NCBI RefSeq assembly: GCF_900289195.1
Contig: NZ_OMOH01000003.1
Location: 236,697-268,696 of the forward strand
Direction of reading: 5' to 3'
DNA: 32,000 nucleotides
From: Propionibacterium ruminifibrarum
Lineage (GTDB): Bacteria; Actinomycetota; Actinomycetes; Propionibacteriales; Propionibacteriaceae
A program made the position numbers and the translations under genes. The notes under the pieces were generated by a model that did no database searches, was not told the DNA's origin, and saw only the letters and a program-made list of their open reading frames with translations. This document shows, piece after piece, positions 1 to 8,957 of the stretch (position 1 is the first letter of the stretch; every line of letters begins with the position of its first letter).

Positions 1-2229
1 TACATCGGCACCGAGCACATCCTGCTGGGCCTGATCCGTGAGGGCGAGGGCGTGGCGGCCCAGGTGCTGATCAAGCTCGGCGCCGACCTCAACCGTGTCC
101 GCACCACGGTGCTGGCACTGCTGAGCGGCTACCAGGAGGAGAGCGGCGCACAGCCGGCCACCGCCGGTGCCCCGGAGGCCCCGAGTTCCAACCCGTCGAA
201 CAGCACGCTCGACCAGTTCGGCCGCAACCTGACCCAGGCCGCCCGTGAGGGCAAGCTCGACCCGGTCATCGGCCGCCAGAAGGAGATCGAGCGCGTGATG
301 ACGGTGCTGAGCCGTCGCACCAAGAACAACCCGGTGCTGATCGGCGAACCCGGCGTCGGCAAGACCGCCGTCGTCGAGGGCCTGGCCCAGGCGATCGTCC
401 GCGGCGATGTGCCCGAGACCCTGCGCAACCACCAGATCTACTCGCTCGACCTGGGCGCCCTCGTCGCCGGCTCGCGGTACCGCGGCGACTTCGAGGAGCG
501 TCTCAAGAAGGTGCTCAAGGAGATCAAGACCCGCGGCGACATCGTCCTGTTCATCGACGAGATCCACACCCTCGTCGGCGCCGGCGCCGCCGAGGGCGCG
601 ATCGACGCGGCCTCGATCCTCAAGCCCATGCTGGCCCGCGGCGAGCTGCAGACCATCGGCGCCACGACACTCGACGAGTACCGCAAGCACATCGAGAAGG
701 ACGCGGCCCTCGAACGCCGCTTCCAGCCGATCCAGGTGGACGAGCCGTCCATCGCGTTGACCATCGAGATCCTCAAGGGGCTGCGCGACCGCTACGAGGA
801 GCACCACAAGGTGACCATCACCGACGAGGCGCTCACCGCGGCGGCCAACCTCGGTGACCGCTACGTGCAGGACCGCTTCCTCCCCGACAAGGCCATCGAC
901 CTGATCGACGAGGCCGGTGCCCGCATGCGGATCGCGCGGATGACCGCTCCGCCGGACCTGCGCGAGTTCGACGAGAAACTCGCCGGGGTCCGTGCCGAGA
1001 AGGAGTCGGCCATAGACCACCAGGACTTCGAGGCCGCCGCGAAGCTGCGCGACGACGAACGCAAGATCCTCGCCGCACGCGCCGAGAAGGAGGCCGCCTG
1101 GAAGGAGGGCGCCTCCGACGTGCCCGCCATCATCGGTGAGGAGCAGATCGCCGAGGTCCTCTCCGGCTCCACCGGTGTGCCGGTGTCGCGCCTGACCGAG
1201 GCGGAGTCGCAGCGGCTGCTCCACATGGAGGACGAGCTGCACAAGCGCTACATCGGCCAGGACGAGGCGGTGAAGGCCATCTCCCGGTCGATCCGCCGCA
1301 CCCGTGCCGGCCTGAAGGACCCCAACCGCCCCTCGGGCTCGTTCATCTTCGCCGGCCCCTCCGGCGTCGGCAAGACCGAGCTGACGAAGGCGCTGACCGA
1401 GTTCCTGTTCGGCGACGAGGACGCCCTCATCACCCTCGACATGAGCGAGTACTCCGAAAAGCACACGGCCAGCCGCATGTTCGGCTCCCCGCCCGGCTAC
1501 GTCGGCTACGAGGAGGGCGGCCAGCTCACCGAGAAGGTGCGCCGCAAGCCGTTCAGCGTCATCCTCTTCGACGAGATCGAGAAGGCCCACCCGGACATCT
1601 TCAACTCGCTGCTGCAGATCCTCGACGAGGGGCGCCTGACCGACGCCCAGGGCCGTGTGGTCGACTTCAAGAACACCGTGATCGTCATGACCACGAACCT
1701 CGGCTCGCGGGACATCAGCCGTACCGTCAACCTCGGCTTCAGCCGCGCAGGCGACACCGAGAGCGGCTACGACTCGATGAAGGCCAAGGTGTCCGAGGAA
1801 CTCAAGACGCACTTCCGCCCCGAGTTCCTCAACCGCGTGGACGAGGTCGTCGTCTTCCACCAGCTCACCCAGGACGACATCCTGCGCATCGTCGACCTCA
1901 TGGTCGGCCAGATCGAGAAGCGCCTGTCCGAGCGCGACATGAGCATCGAGCTCACCGACGCGGCCAAGCAGCTCATCGGGCGGCGCGGCTTCGACCCGGT
2001 GCTCGGCGCCAGGCCGCTGCGCAGGGCCATCCAGCGCGACATCGAGGACCCGATCAGCGAGCGGATCCTCTACAACGAGCTGAAGCCCGGCGAGATCGTC
2101 GTCGTCGACGTGGCCGAGGGGGCCGACGAGAAGAGCTCCGAGCCCTTCACGTTCGCCGGCACCCCCAAGGCCGCCGTGGCCGACGCCGATCTGGCTCAGC
2201 TGACCGGCGGTGACGTCCCGCAGGAGTGA
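1..2229 (+). CDS. clpC: ATP-dependent Clp protease ATP-binding subunit ClpC (5' end outside window)
   Basis: Frame 1 is open from base 1 ([17 protein letters not shown], a Clp N-domain repeat). There are two AAA+ modules with Walker A GEPGVGKT and GPSGVGKT and Walker B LFIDEIH and ILFDEIE. Stop TGA at 2227-2229. Confidence 0.95.
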   Translation, partial: YIGTEHILLGLIREGEGVAAQVLIKLGADLNRVRTTVLALLSGYQEESGAQPATAGAPEAPSSNPSNSTLDQFGRNLTQAAREGKLDPVIGRQKEIERVMTVLSRRTKNNPVLIGEPGVGKTAVVEGLAQAIVRGDVPETLRNHQIYSLDLGALVAGSRYRGDFEERLKKVLKEIKTRGDIVLFIDEIHTLVGAGAAEGAIDAASILKPMLARGELQTIGATTLDEYRKHIEKDAALERRFQPIQVDEPSIALTIEILKGLRDRYEEHHKVTITDEALTAAANLGDRYVQDRFLPDKAIDLIDEAGARMRIARMTAPPDLREFDEKLAGVRAEKESAIDHQDFEAAAKLRDDERKILAARAEKEAAWKEGASDVPAIIGEEQIAEVLSGSTGVPVSRLTEAESQRLLHMEDELHKRYIGQDEAVKAISRSIRRTRAGLKDPNRPSGSFIFAGPSGVGKTELTKALTEFLFGDEDALITLDMSEYSEKHTASRMFGSPPGYVGYEEGGQLTEKVRRKPFSVILFDEIEKAHPDIFNSLLQILDEGRLTDAQGRVVDFKNTVIVMTTNLGSRDISRTVNLGFSRAGDTESGYDSMKAKVSEELKTHFRPEFLNRVDEVVVFHQLTQDDILRIVDLMVGQIEKRLSERDMSIELTDAAKQLIGRRGFDPVLGARPLRRAIQRDIEDPISERILYNELKPGEIVVVDVAEGADEKSSEPFTFAGTPKAAVADADLAQLTGGDVPQE

Positions 2230-2247
2230 TCCGGACATGATCGGCCA

Positions 2248-2285
2248 GAGGCCGGTGCGCACCAGGCGCACCGGCCTCCTTGCTG
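2248..2285 (+). terminator. Putative intrinsic terminator of clpC
   Basis: Perfect 13-bp GC-rich inverted repeat GAGGCCGGTGCGC (2248-2260) / GCGCACCGGCCTC (2266-2278) with loop ACCAG, 19 nt after the clpC stop. It is followed by the T-containing CTTGCTGT. Confidence 0.5.
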
Positions 2286-2318
2286 TCCGGGCCCGACCAC
2301 GGCGGTAGCCTGAGAACC

Positions 2319-3074
2319 ATGTCGACGATCGAACTGGCCACCGTCGAGCTCGGCGGGCCGAGGCCCGCCATCATCGTCCCCCTCACCGGCCCCGACGACG
2401 AGCAGGTACTCGCCCAGGCCACCGGTGCCGCGGCGAGCCCGGCCGACATCGTCGAATGGCGCGTCGACCTGTTCGACGAGCCCACGCCCGCCCGCGCGGG
2501 GAAGCTGGCCACCGAGGTGGCGGCCCACGCCGCACGGCCGCTGCTGACAACCGTGCGGACCACTGCGGAGGGCGGCCGGTTCGGCCGCGGAACGGGCGCC
2601 TACGCCGATCTGGTGGCCGCCCTGGCCGCCTCAGCCGGCGTCGAACTGGTGGACGTCGAGTGCGCACGCCCCGGCGCGGCGGGTCTCGTCGCGGCGGTGC
2701 ACGAGGCGGGCGGGTACGTCGTCGGCTCCTTCCACGACGTCGCCGCGACGCCCGGCGTGGGCGAGATGCTCGATCGGCTGCGCGCCCAGGCCGCCGCGGG
2801 CGCGGATGTGTGCAAGATCGCCGTCATGCCGCAGGCCCCGGCCGACGTGGCCCGTCTGCTCGAGGCCTGCGCCCTGGCCGACGCCGAACTGGACCAGCCC
2901 GTCATCGCGATGGCCATGGGGCCGCTGGGGCTCGCCAGCCGCCTCATGGGCGGTGACTTCGGGTCCGCGGCGGGATTCGCCTCGCTCGGCGGGCACGCCT
3001 CCGCCCCCGGGCAGGTGCCGGTGGAGGACCTGGTGGCGGCCGTCGCTGTCATCGACCGGCTGCGGCGGGCCTGA
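2319..3074 (+). CDS. aroD: 3-dehydroquinate dehydratase, type I
   Basis: Type I DHQase hallmarks are present: VEWRVDLF, GSFHDVAATP (His) and CKIAVMP (Schiff-base Lys). I chose the ATG at 2319 (MSTIEL) over the TTG at 2280 that opens the ORF. Confidence 0.85.
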   Translation: MSTIELATVELGGPRPAIIVPLTGPDDEQVLAQATGAAASPADIVEWRVDLFDEPTPARAGKLATEVAAHAARPLLTTVRTTAEGGRFGRGTGAYADLVAALAASAGVELVDVECARPGAAGLVAAVHEAGGYVVGSFHDVAATPGVGEMLDRLRAQAAAGADVCKIAVMPQAPADVARLLEACALADAELDQPVIAMAMGPLGLASRLMGGDFGSAAGFASLGGHASAPGQVPVEDLVAAVAVIDRLRRA

Positions 3075-3100
3075 GCCGGGGCGGGGCCGTCGGCTCCTTC

Positions 3101-3652
3101 TCAGCACCAGCGCGCGCGGATGTCGGCCAGGCGCGCAGGACGGTTGGCGCGCCAGTGGGCGCGTTCCTGGTCCGCCCAGTCGTCCCAGTGCGGGGCGAAC
3201 AGTTCGCCGTCGCGGCCCAGCGCACGCGTCTTGCGGTCCTCGGGGCCCATCGTGAGCCACAGGCGCGTCGTCGCGAGCGGCGCCGAGTCGCGGGTGAGGG
3301 CCCCGCAGCCCTCGACGAGCAGGGGAGCGGCGGGATCGAGCACGACCCTGGTGGTGCGGTGGTGCTCCTGCCAGTCCCAGCGCCAGTAACCCGGGTCGGT
3401 GCCGGTGATCAGCGCCGGCACCTGGGCGGCCGCATCGGCGAGGCCCCGCCAGCCGGGATAGACGTCGTCCATCCGGACCAGTTGCAGGCCGGTGACGCCG
3501 CGTTCGGCAAGGGCGGCCGCGAGCTCATCGGCCAGCCGGCTCTTGCCGCTGCCGGAGCCGCCGTCCAGCAGGACGACCATGCGCCTGTCGGCCGCGTCCG
3601 CGATGACCCGGTCGGCCAGCGCGCCCAGCGCGGCCGGCAGGCGCATCGTCAT
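3101..3652 (-). CDS. P-loop nucleoside/nucleotide kinase-like protein (uridine kinase/PRK-like), substrate unknown
   Basis: Walker A VVLLDGGSGSGKSRLA, then RMDDVY and LLVEGCGAL, as in the PRK/uridine-kinase-type fold. The ATG (3652-3650) overlaps the stop of the upstream ECF T gene (ATGA), indicating co-translation with the ykoEDC-like operon. Confidence 0.6.
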   Translation of the reverse strand: MTMRLPAALGALADRVIADAADRRMVVLLDGGSGSGKSRLADELAAALAERGVTGLQLVRMDDVYPGWRGLADAAAQVPALITGTDPGYWRWDWQEHHRTTRVVLDPAAPLLVEGCGALTRDSAPLATTRLWLTMGPEDRKTRALGRDGELFAPHWDDWADQERAHWRANRPARLADIRARWC

Positions 3653-4476
3653 GAGGTCACCGGCGCGAAGGTTCCCGCCACGATCGCGGCGGTGAGGGAC
3701 ACGGCGACGAGCGTGAGGGCGATGGCCACCCCGACCGCATCGGCTCGACCCAGCCTGGACGGGCGCGCCCAGGTGCGGTTGCGGGCGTGCTGGGCGTCGA
3801 AACCGCGGGCCTCCATGGCCGTGGCCAGTCTCGTGCCACGCCGGATCGCGAAGACGAGCAGTGCGAAGGCCATCGTCGCCCAGCGTCTGAGCCGGCCGGT
3901 GTCACCCAGGCCACGCGCCCGGCGGGCCTGCCCCAGGGTGCGCCAGTCCTCGAGGAACAGGCTCAGCATGCGCATGCCGGCCAGCGCGCCGAGCACGAAA
4001 CGGGCCGGGAGCCTGAGCACCTGGGCCAGGCCGTCGGCCATCGCCGTCAGGTCGAGTCCGCCGAGCAGGACGACCGCCGACAGGCCGAGGACGAGGACCC
4101 GCAGGATGACGGCGCCGGCCATGGTCAGCGAGCGCTGCGTGATGACGACGAGCCACCAGTGCCAGTAGACGGTGCCGCCAGGTTTGCCGTAGAGGGCCAT
4201 CGTCACGGCTGCGAGCAGTGCGGCGACGGCGACCGGGATCATGCGGCGGGCCATCGTGGCCGTCCGGACACCGGCGGCGCGGAAGACGGCGAACAGGCCG
4301 ACGAGCATGATGCTCGCGCTCAGCCAGTCCAGGCTGATGAGCACCGGCAGTGCGACGAACACGGTCAGCAGGAGCCGCGAGACGGGGTTGAGGCGGTCGA
4401 GCGCTGGGGCGGCCGGTTTCGTGTCGCCGGCGGGCGGAGCGGCCCGCCCGGACCGCGTGGCGGCGGTGGCACTCAT
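3649..4476 (-). CDS. ykoC: ECF transporter transmembrane (T) component, YkoC/EcfT-like
   Basis: This is the C-terminal 275 aa of ORF 3649..5520 (MSATAATRS...). It is polytopic and hydrophobic, with the EcfT-type ARG motif (ATAMEARGF). The ATG at 4476 overlaps the ATPase stop (ATGA). The N-terminal Arg/Pro-rich extension of the ORF is non-coding-like. Confidence 0.85.
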   Translation of the reverse strand: MSATAATRSGRAAPPAGDTKPAAPALDRLNPVSRLLLTVFVALPVLISLDWLSASIMLVGLFAVFRAAGVRTATMARRMIPVAVAALLAAVTMALYGKPGGTVYWHWWLVVITQRSLTMAGAVILRVLVLGLSAVVLLGGLDLTAMADGLAQVLRLPARFVLGALAGMRMLSLFLEDWRTLGQARRARGLGDTGRLRRWATMAFALLVFAIRRGTRLATAMEARGFDAQHARNRTWARPSRLGRADAVGVAIALTLVAVSLTAAIVAGTFAPVTS

Positions 4477-5987
4477 GCCGCCTCCCGGCCGGTCGGCTCC
4501 AGGGCGAGGAGGTTCTCGCCCAGCAGCCGCACGTAGGTGTCGTCGTGGGTGACGGAGATGATCGTGCGGCCCTCGTCCAGGATGGCCTGCACCAGACGAA
4601 CCAGGTCGGTCCAGGTGACGCGGTCCTGCCCGAAGGTCGGTTCGTCCAGGACGATGAGCGAGGGGCCGGTGGCCAGGACGGTGCCGACCGACAGGCGGCG
4701 TTTCTCGCCGCCCGAGAGGGTGAAGGGATTCGCGTCGGCCACGCCGGTCAGGTGCAGGCGCTCCAGCAGGGCGTCGACCCGGCCGGTGATCTCGGTGCCC
4801 GGCCGGCCGAGCGCCCTCAGCCCGACACCGAGTTCTGCGCGCACGCTCGTCTCGACGAACTGGTGTTCCGGGTTCTGGAAGACGACCCCGAGCCGGGTCA
4901 GCAGGTCGCGGCTGGCCCAGGTGGCCGGTGAGGCCGGGTCGAAGCGTCGCCGCATGGCACGGGTGAGGAAGCCGGTGTGCCGCGGCCGCAGCTGCTCGGC
5001 GGCCTCGACCCGTCCGGCGAGCGGGGCGAGCAGACCGGCCAGGGTGAGGGCCAGCGTGGTCTTGCCCGTGCCGTTCGGTCCGACGACGACGGTCGAGCGG
5101 CCGGGCGGGATGGCCACCTCCAGTCCGCTCTGGACCGGCCGCCCGGTCTGGTAGCCGATCGTGAGCCGGTGACCGGTCAGGAGCGGGCGGCCGGCAGGGG
5201 GCGGGCTGTTTCGCGGTTCGATGTCGGGAGCGACCCCGGGTACCCATGCCCCGGCCGCCGCGAGTTCGGGGCCGCGTTCGGCGAAGACCTCGGCGGGCGC
5301 GCCGTCGGCGAGGACGCCCCCGCCGGGGGCCAGCACGATGACCCGGTCGACGAGGTCGGACCAGACCTCGACGCGGTGCTCGACGATGACGAGCGTCGTG
5401 CGGCGGTCGGCGACGACGTTCGCCACGGCCTCGCGCACCCGGTTCACACCGGCCGGGTCGAGATTGGCGGTCGGCTCGTCGAGGCAGAGCAGACGCGTGT
5501 CGGCTGGGCTGCCGGACCACATGGCCAGGGCGCCCGCGATCGCCAGGCGCTGCTTCTGCCCGCCGGACAGGGCGCTCGTCGGGTGCTCCAGCGGCAGGTG
5601 CAGGCTCACCGCGTCCAGGGCGGCGCGGACGGCCGGCCAGATGTGCTCGCGGGCCATGCCCAGGTTCTCGCAGCCGAAGGCCACGTCGTCGCCGATGCGC
5701 TGGCTGATGACCTGCGCGTCGGGGTCCTGCATGACCAGTCCCACGGCGCCGCGCATGCGGGTGGGGTGTTTGCCGCCCACCAGCACCGAGCCGGTCTGCT
5801 CTCCCTCGTCCTCGTCCCCGAGCACGCCGGCCAGCGCCGCGAGCAGCGTCGACTTGCCGGCGCCCGAGGCGCCGAGCAGGAGCACCCGTTCGCCCTCGCC
5901 GAGGGTGAACGAGATGTCGCGGGCGGCCCAGGCGCTGCGGCCGGCGTAGCGCCAGCCCCAGTCCCGAACCTCGACCGCATGCGTCAT
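4473..5987 (-). CDS. ykoD: ECF transporter duplicated ATPase (fused EcfA-EcfA'), YkoD-like
   Basis: Two ABC cassettes: Walker A GASGAGKST and GPNGTGKTT, signatures LSGGQKQRL and LSGGEKRRL, Walker B LCLDEPT and IVLDEPT. I prefer the ATG at 5987 (MTHAVEV); the alternative GTG at 5999 overlaps the S-component 3' end. Confidence 0.9.
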   Translation of the reverse strand: MTHAVEVRDWGWRYAGRSAWAARDISFTLGEGERVLLLGASGAGKSTLLAALAGVLGDEDEGEQTGSVLVGGKHPTRMRGAVGLVMQDPDAQVISQRIGDDVAFGCENLGMAREHIWPAVRAALDAVSLHLPLEHPTSALSGGQKQRLAIAGALAMWSGSPADTRLLCLDEPTANLDPAGVNRVREAVANVVADRRTTLVIVEHRVEVWSDLVDRVIVLAPGGGVLADGAPAEVFAERGPELAAAGAWVPGVAPDIEPRNSPPPAGRPLLTGHRLTIGYQTGRPVQSGLEVAIPPGRSTVVVGPNGTGKTTLALTLAGLLAPLAGRVEAAEQLRPRHTGFLTRAMRRRFDPASPATWASRDLLTRLGVVFQNPEHQFVETSVRAELGVGLRALGRPGTEITGRVDALLERLHLTGVADANPFTLSGGEKRRLSVGTVLATGPSLIVLDEPTFGQDRVTWTDLVRLVQAILDEGRTIISVTHDDTYVRLLGENLLALEPTGREAA

Positions 5988-5988
5988 C

Positions 5989-6615
5989 TCAGGCCGCACG
6001 TCCCGAGGCGAAACGGTTCAGCGCACCGGTGCGGGCCAGCGCCCGGGTGATGACCCAGGCGAGCAGGCCGGCCAGCAGGAGGCCGCTGATGATGTTGGTG
6101 ACCAGGTAGATCGCGTTGTACGCCAGTCCCAGCGTGATGTTCGGCGTGGTGCCGATGAACAGTTCGTTGAGCCAGGCTCCGACACCGGCGCCGGCCCCGG
6201 CGAGCATCGTGACGGGCAGCGACCAGACCCGGTATCGGAAGAGGGCGAAGACCAGCCCTGCGCCGAGGCCCTGGAACAGGCCCGAGGTGAGGGTCGTGAT
6301 GCCCCACTGGTTGCCGATGGCCGTGGAGACCAGGGCGGCGACGAGTTCGACGAAGACCGCGGCTCCCGGTTTGCGGATGACCTGGCCACCCAGGGGGCCG
6401 CCGAGGTACCAGATGCCGGTCGCCAGGCCCCCGAGGCCCGGGGTCAGCGCGCTCATCGCCCCGTACCAGGCGCCGCCGGCGGCATTCCAGAGCCAAAAGA
6501 TCAGGCCGACGGCGACCGCCAGGACGGCGGCGACGACGATGTCGACGACTCGCCAACCGTGGCGGCCGGTCCTGGCGGGGCGGGTCTGGTCGGCAGCGGA
6601 TGATGACGATGACAT
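5989..6615 (-). CDS. ykoE: ECF transporter substrate-specific (S) component, thiamine-precursor (HMP) type, YkoE-like
   Basis: 208-aa, roughly 6-TM, Gly-rich membrane protein. It is the first gene behind a TPP riboswitch and is followed by a fused ATPase and a T component, which is the ykoE-D-C order. SD GAGAGGG lies 5 nt upstream of the ATG at 6615. Confidence 0.75.
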   Translation of the reverse strand: MSSSSSAADQTRPARTGRHGWRVVDIVVAAVLAVAVGLIFWLWNAAGGAWYGAMSALTPGLGGLATGIWYLGGPLGGQVIRKPGAAVFVELVAALVSTAIGNQWGITTLTSGLFQGLGAGLVFALFRYRVWSLPVTMLAGAGAGVGAWLNELFIGTTPNITLGLAYNAIYLVTNIISGLLLAGLLAWVITRALARTGALNRFASGRAA

Positions 6616-6687
6616 GTGTGCCCTCTCGGTGACGGACCGCCGGTGCGGTCCTGGCTGGTGGGCACGGTGCGAAGCTGCTCCGCAAGA

Positions 6688-6778
6688 GGCCTCCCTGCGC
6701 CGGCATGACCCGGATCAGGTTCGACGGTCGAAGGCTCGTCGCCTTCCTCTCAGCCCGGTGCACCGGACTCCCGTGTTC
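6688..6778 (-). promoter_or_regulatory. TPP (THI-box) riboswitch
   Basis: The reverse complement of 6691-6775 reads CACGGGAGUCCGGUGCACCGGGCUGAGAGGAAGGCGACGAGCCUUCGACCGUCGAACCUGAUCCGGGUCAUGCCGGCGCAGGGAG. It carries the invariant CUGAGA and ACCUGAUC..GG.U.AUGCC.GCG.AGGGA blocks of the THI element and lies about 75 nt upstream of the ykoE-like start. Confidence 0.85.
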
Positions 6779-6899
6779 TGCGCCCAGTATAGGGCTGCGC
6801 CGGGCGGTGCACGAATGCCCCGGATGGGGCGACGGTCACCGCGGCTGCGGACAGGCGGTCGCCCGGTTCGTGCGTCCCGGCCCGCTCGGCCGGGGCCGG

Positions 6900-7250
6900 T
6901 CACACCGCCGAATCGGCGCTCGCCTCCGGCCCTTCCCCGGTGGCCCCCCTGATCACGGCGGGGAGGAAACCGGGGAATGCCGCCTCCACGTCGGCCGTCC
7001 TCAGGACGTTCATCCGGGACGTCCCGACCCAGTACTGGTGAATCAGGCCGGCCCTGCGCAGCGCCGCGAAATGGTGGGTGGCCGTGGAGGCCTTGACCGG
7101 GAGTTCGATCGCGCTGCAGCTCATCGGCCGATCGGACGCGGCGAGCTGCACGACGATGCTGAGCCTGATCGGATCCGCCACGGCCTCGAGGGCGCGTGAG
7201 AACTGCATCTCGTGCACCTCGGGCTCATCGCCGGGTTCGGTTCTCGCCAT
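6900..7250 (-). CDS. ArsR/SmtB-family winged-helix transcriptional regulator
   Basis: This is the C-terminal 116 aa of the 556-aa ORF. It contains ALEAVADPIRLSIVVQL, then the HTH CSAIELPVKASTATHHFAALRRAGLI, then the wing. The ATG at 7250 has SD GAGGAAGG upstream; an alternative ATG lies at 7265. Confidence 0.8.
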   Translation of the reverse strand: MARTEPGDEPEVHEMQFSRALEAVADPIRLSIVVQLAASDRPMSCSAIELPVKASTATHHFAALRRAGLIHQYWVGTSRMNVLRTADVEAAFPGFLPAVIRGATGEGPEASADSAV

Positions 7251-7514
7251 CTGGCCCTTCCTCATGATCGCCGACGAACCTTCGCATGACCGGCCGGGGG
7301 CCATGCCGAGACGATCGTCCCGGACGCTGCGCCGACCGGCCCGCGCGAGCACGGGCTCAGGGTCGCCCGGGTGAACGGGATCTGGTCGCGACGGTGACAA
7401 CCCTAGCTCCCCGCGCGTGCCGGGACCGATCGTGAGTCGCACCGGCCACGATGGTGCAGTGCAGGGGCTCTCGGCGCGAGCCGGGCGGGTCCGGGCTGGA
7501 ACGTCCCCAGTACT

Positions 7515-7528
7515 TTGATTATAATCAA
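7515..7528. promoter_or_regulatory. Perfect 14-bp palindrome TTGATTATAATCAA in an AT-rich island (candidate operator/promoter)
   Basis: The sequence is self-complementary and read directly. It sits in a short AT-rich island (about 7511-7550) between the divergent ArsR-family and flavin-oxidoreductase genes, and a further TTGAT half-site lies at 7531-7535. Confidence 0.4.
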
Positions 7529-7733
7529 AATTGATGTGGATCGAATTATCTGCGGTGTCCGGCCCCGGCACGTCATGACCGCCCACGGCCGGTTCTGGCC
7601 GGGAGTCGTCATGCTCCCGGCCCGCTCGTCCGGAGCGAAGTGCCGGACGCCGGCCCGCGCATCCCCTCCACGGAAACGAACAACCATCCGGACTCACTTC
7701 CTCCGGACTTACTTCACGAAAGACAGGACCCCC

Positions 7734-8876
7734 ATGGATCCCACGTACGCGCCCCTCTTCGAGCCCTACACCTTGAACAACGGCGTCGAGATCAAGAACC
7801 GCCTCACCGTCGCCCCACTGACGATCTACGACCAGGGGCCCGATGGTGAGATCACCGAGGCCAACCGCCGGTTCTGGAAGGACCGCATCCGTGGCTTCGG
7901 GCTGTACATCATGCCCTTCACGAATGTTCACCCCAGTGCCATCGGCTTCGAGTCCCCGCAGGCGATCAGCGAGTCCAATCTCCCTGCGCTCACCGAGTAC
8001 GCCGAGATCGCCCACGGGCAGGGGGTCAAGGCCGTCGTCCAGCTCGCCCACGCCGGCGCCCACGCCAATCGGGCAATGACCAAGGGCTACGACGTCATCG
8101 CCCCCACCGGGCATGTTCTCGACGCCTTCCGCACCATGACCGATGCCGAGGTGCGCGAACTGATCCACAGTTTCGCCAATGCCGCTGAACTCGCCCTGCG
8201 GGCCGGGTTCGACGGCGTCGAGATCCACGGTGCCAATGGCTTCCTCGTGCAGCAGTTCGTCTCCGCGGCCACCAATCTGCGCACGGACCACTGGGGTGGG
8301 GACTTGGCCAAGCGCATGAGATTCTCCCTGGAGATCATCGACGCGATCGACGCCGTGCGGCGCGAGCACGATCGGCCCGACTTCATCATCGGGTACCGGT
8401 TCTCGCCGGAGGAGCCGGGGGCGCGCGGCCTCACGATGGCCGACACCCTGAACCTCGTCGACGCGCTCGTGGACAAGCCCCTGCAGTACCTGCACGTCTC
8501 GCTGTGGGACTTCTACAAGCGGGTCCGTCGCGGTGCCAACCAGGAGCTGACCCGTATGCAGGTTCTTCATGACCGCATCGCCGGTCGCCTGCCACTCATC
8601 GGGGTCGGCAATCTCTACACCGCCGACCAGATCCTCGAGGCCTACCGGACGGGCTGGGCGGAGTTCATCGCCGTCGGCAAGAGCGTCCTGCTCAACCCCA
8701 ATCTCGCCGAACTCATCGAGACCGGCCGCCAGGATGAGATCCAGACCGTCTTCGACTGGGACAGGGCCGATGAGTACCGCTACACACCGGCCATGCTCGA
8801 GGGCACCAGGATGGGGGCCGACTTCTACCCGCCGTCGAAGCAGTACGGCGTGAGCTACGTGACCGAGAAGTTCTGA
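7734..8876 (+). CDS. NADH:flavin oxidoreductase, Old Yellow Enzyme family
   Basis: MDPTYAPLFEPYTLNNGVEIKNRLTVAPLT, QLAHAGAHAN and EIHGANGFLVQQFVS are typical OYE/NADH-oxidase TIM-barrel motifs. I used the in-frame ATG at 7734 because the upstream part of ORF 7515..8876 looks non-coding. Confidence 0.85.
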   Translation: MDPTYAPLFEPYTLNNGVEIKNRLTVAPLTIYDQGPDGEITEANRRFWKDRIRGFGLYIMPFTNVHPSAIGFESPQAISESNLPALTEYAEIAHGQGVKAVVQLAHAGAHANRAMTKGYDVIAPTGHVLDAFRTMTDAEVRELIHSFANAAELALRAGFDGVEIHGANGFLVQQFVSAATNLRTDHWGGDLAKRMRFSLEIIDAIDAVRREHDRPDFIIGYRFSPEEPGARGLTMADTLNLVDALVDKPLQYLHVSLWDFYKRVRRGANQELTRMQVLHDRIAGRLPLIGVGNLYTADQILEAYRTGWAEFIAVGKSVLLNPNLAELIETGRQDEIQTVFDWDRADEYRYTPAMLEGTRMGADFYPPSKQYGVSYVTEKF

Positions 8877-8957
8877 GCCCGCGCCGCGTGGGCCGGGCGC
8901 CGGGCCGCGTGGGGCACCCTCATGGTGGCGGTCCCGGGATGGTCTCCCGCCGCGGGA

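Noticed and set aside
4477-5520. N-terminal extension of ORF 3649..5520, and similarly 20186..20800 of ORF 18629..20800 and 20932..21486 of ORF 20182..21486
   Set aside because: The extensions are Arg/Pro-rich, overlap the well-supported ATPase, T or S genes in other frames, and ignore the ATGA/GTGA coupled starts that give family-typical protein lengths.
7403-7687. 94-aa minus-strand ORF inside the long ArsR/OYE intergenic region
   Set aside because: It has no SD and an Arg/Pro-rich composition, and it runs through the AT-rich palindrome. I cannot support it as coding, although a small transcript in this spacer is not excluded.
7266-8570. N-terminal roughly 430 aa of the 556-aa minus-strand ORF 6900..8570
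   Set aside because: Only the last 116-121 aa form a coherent ArsR-type wHTH protein with its own SD and ATG. The upstream part is antisense to the Old-Yellow-Enzyme gene and crosses the AT-rich intergenic island.
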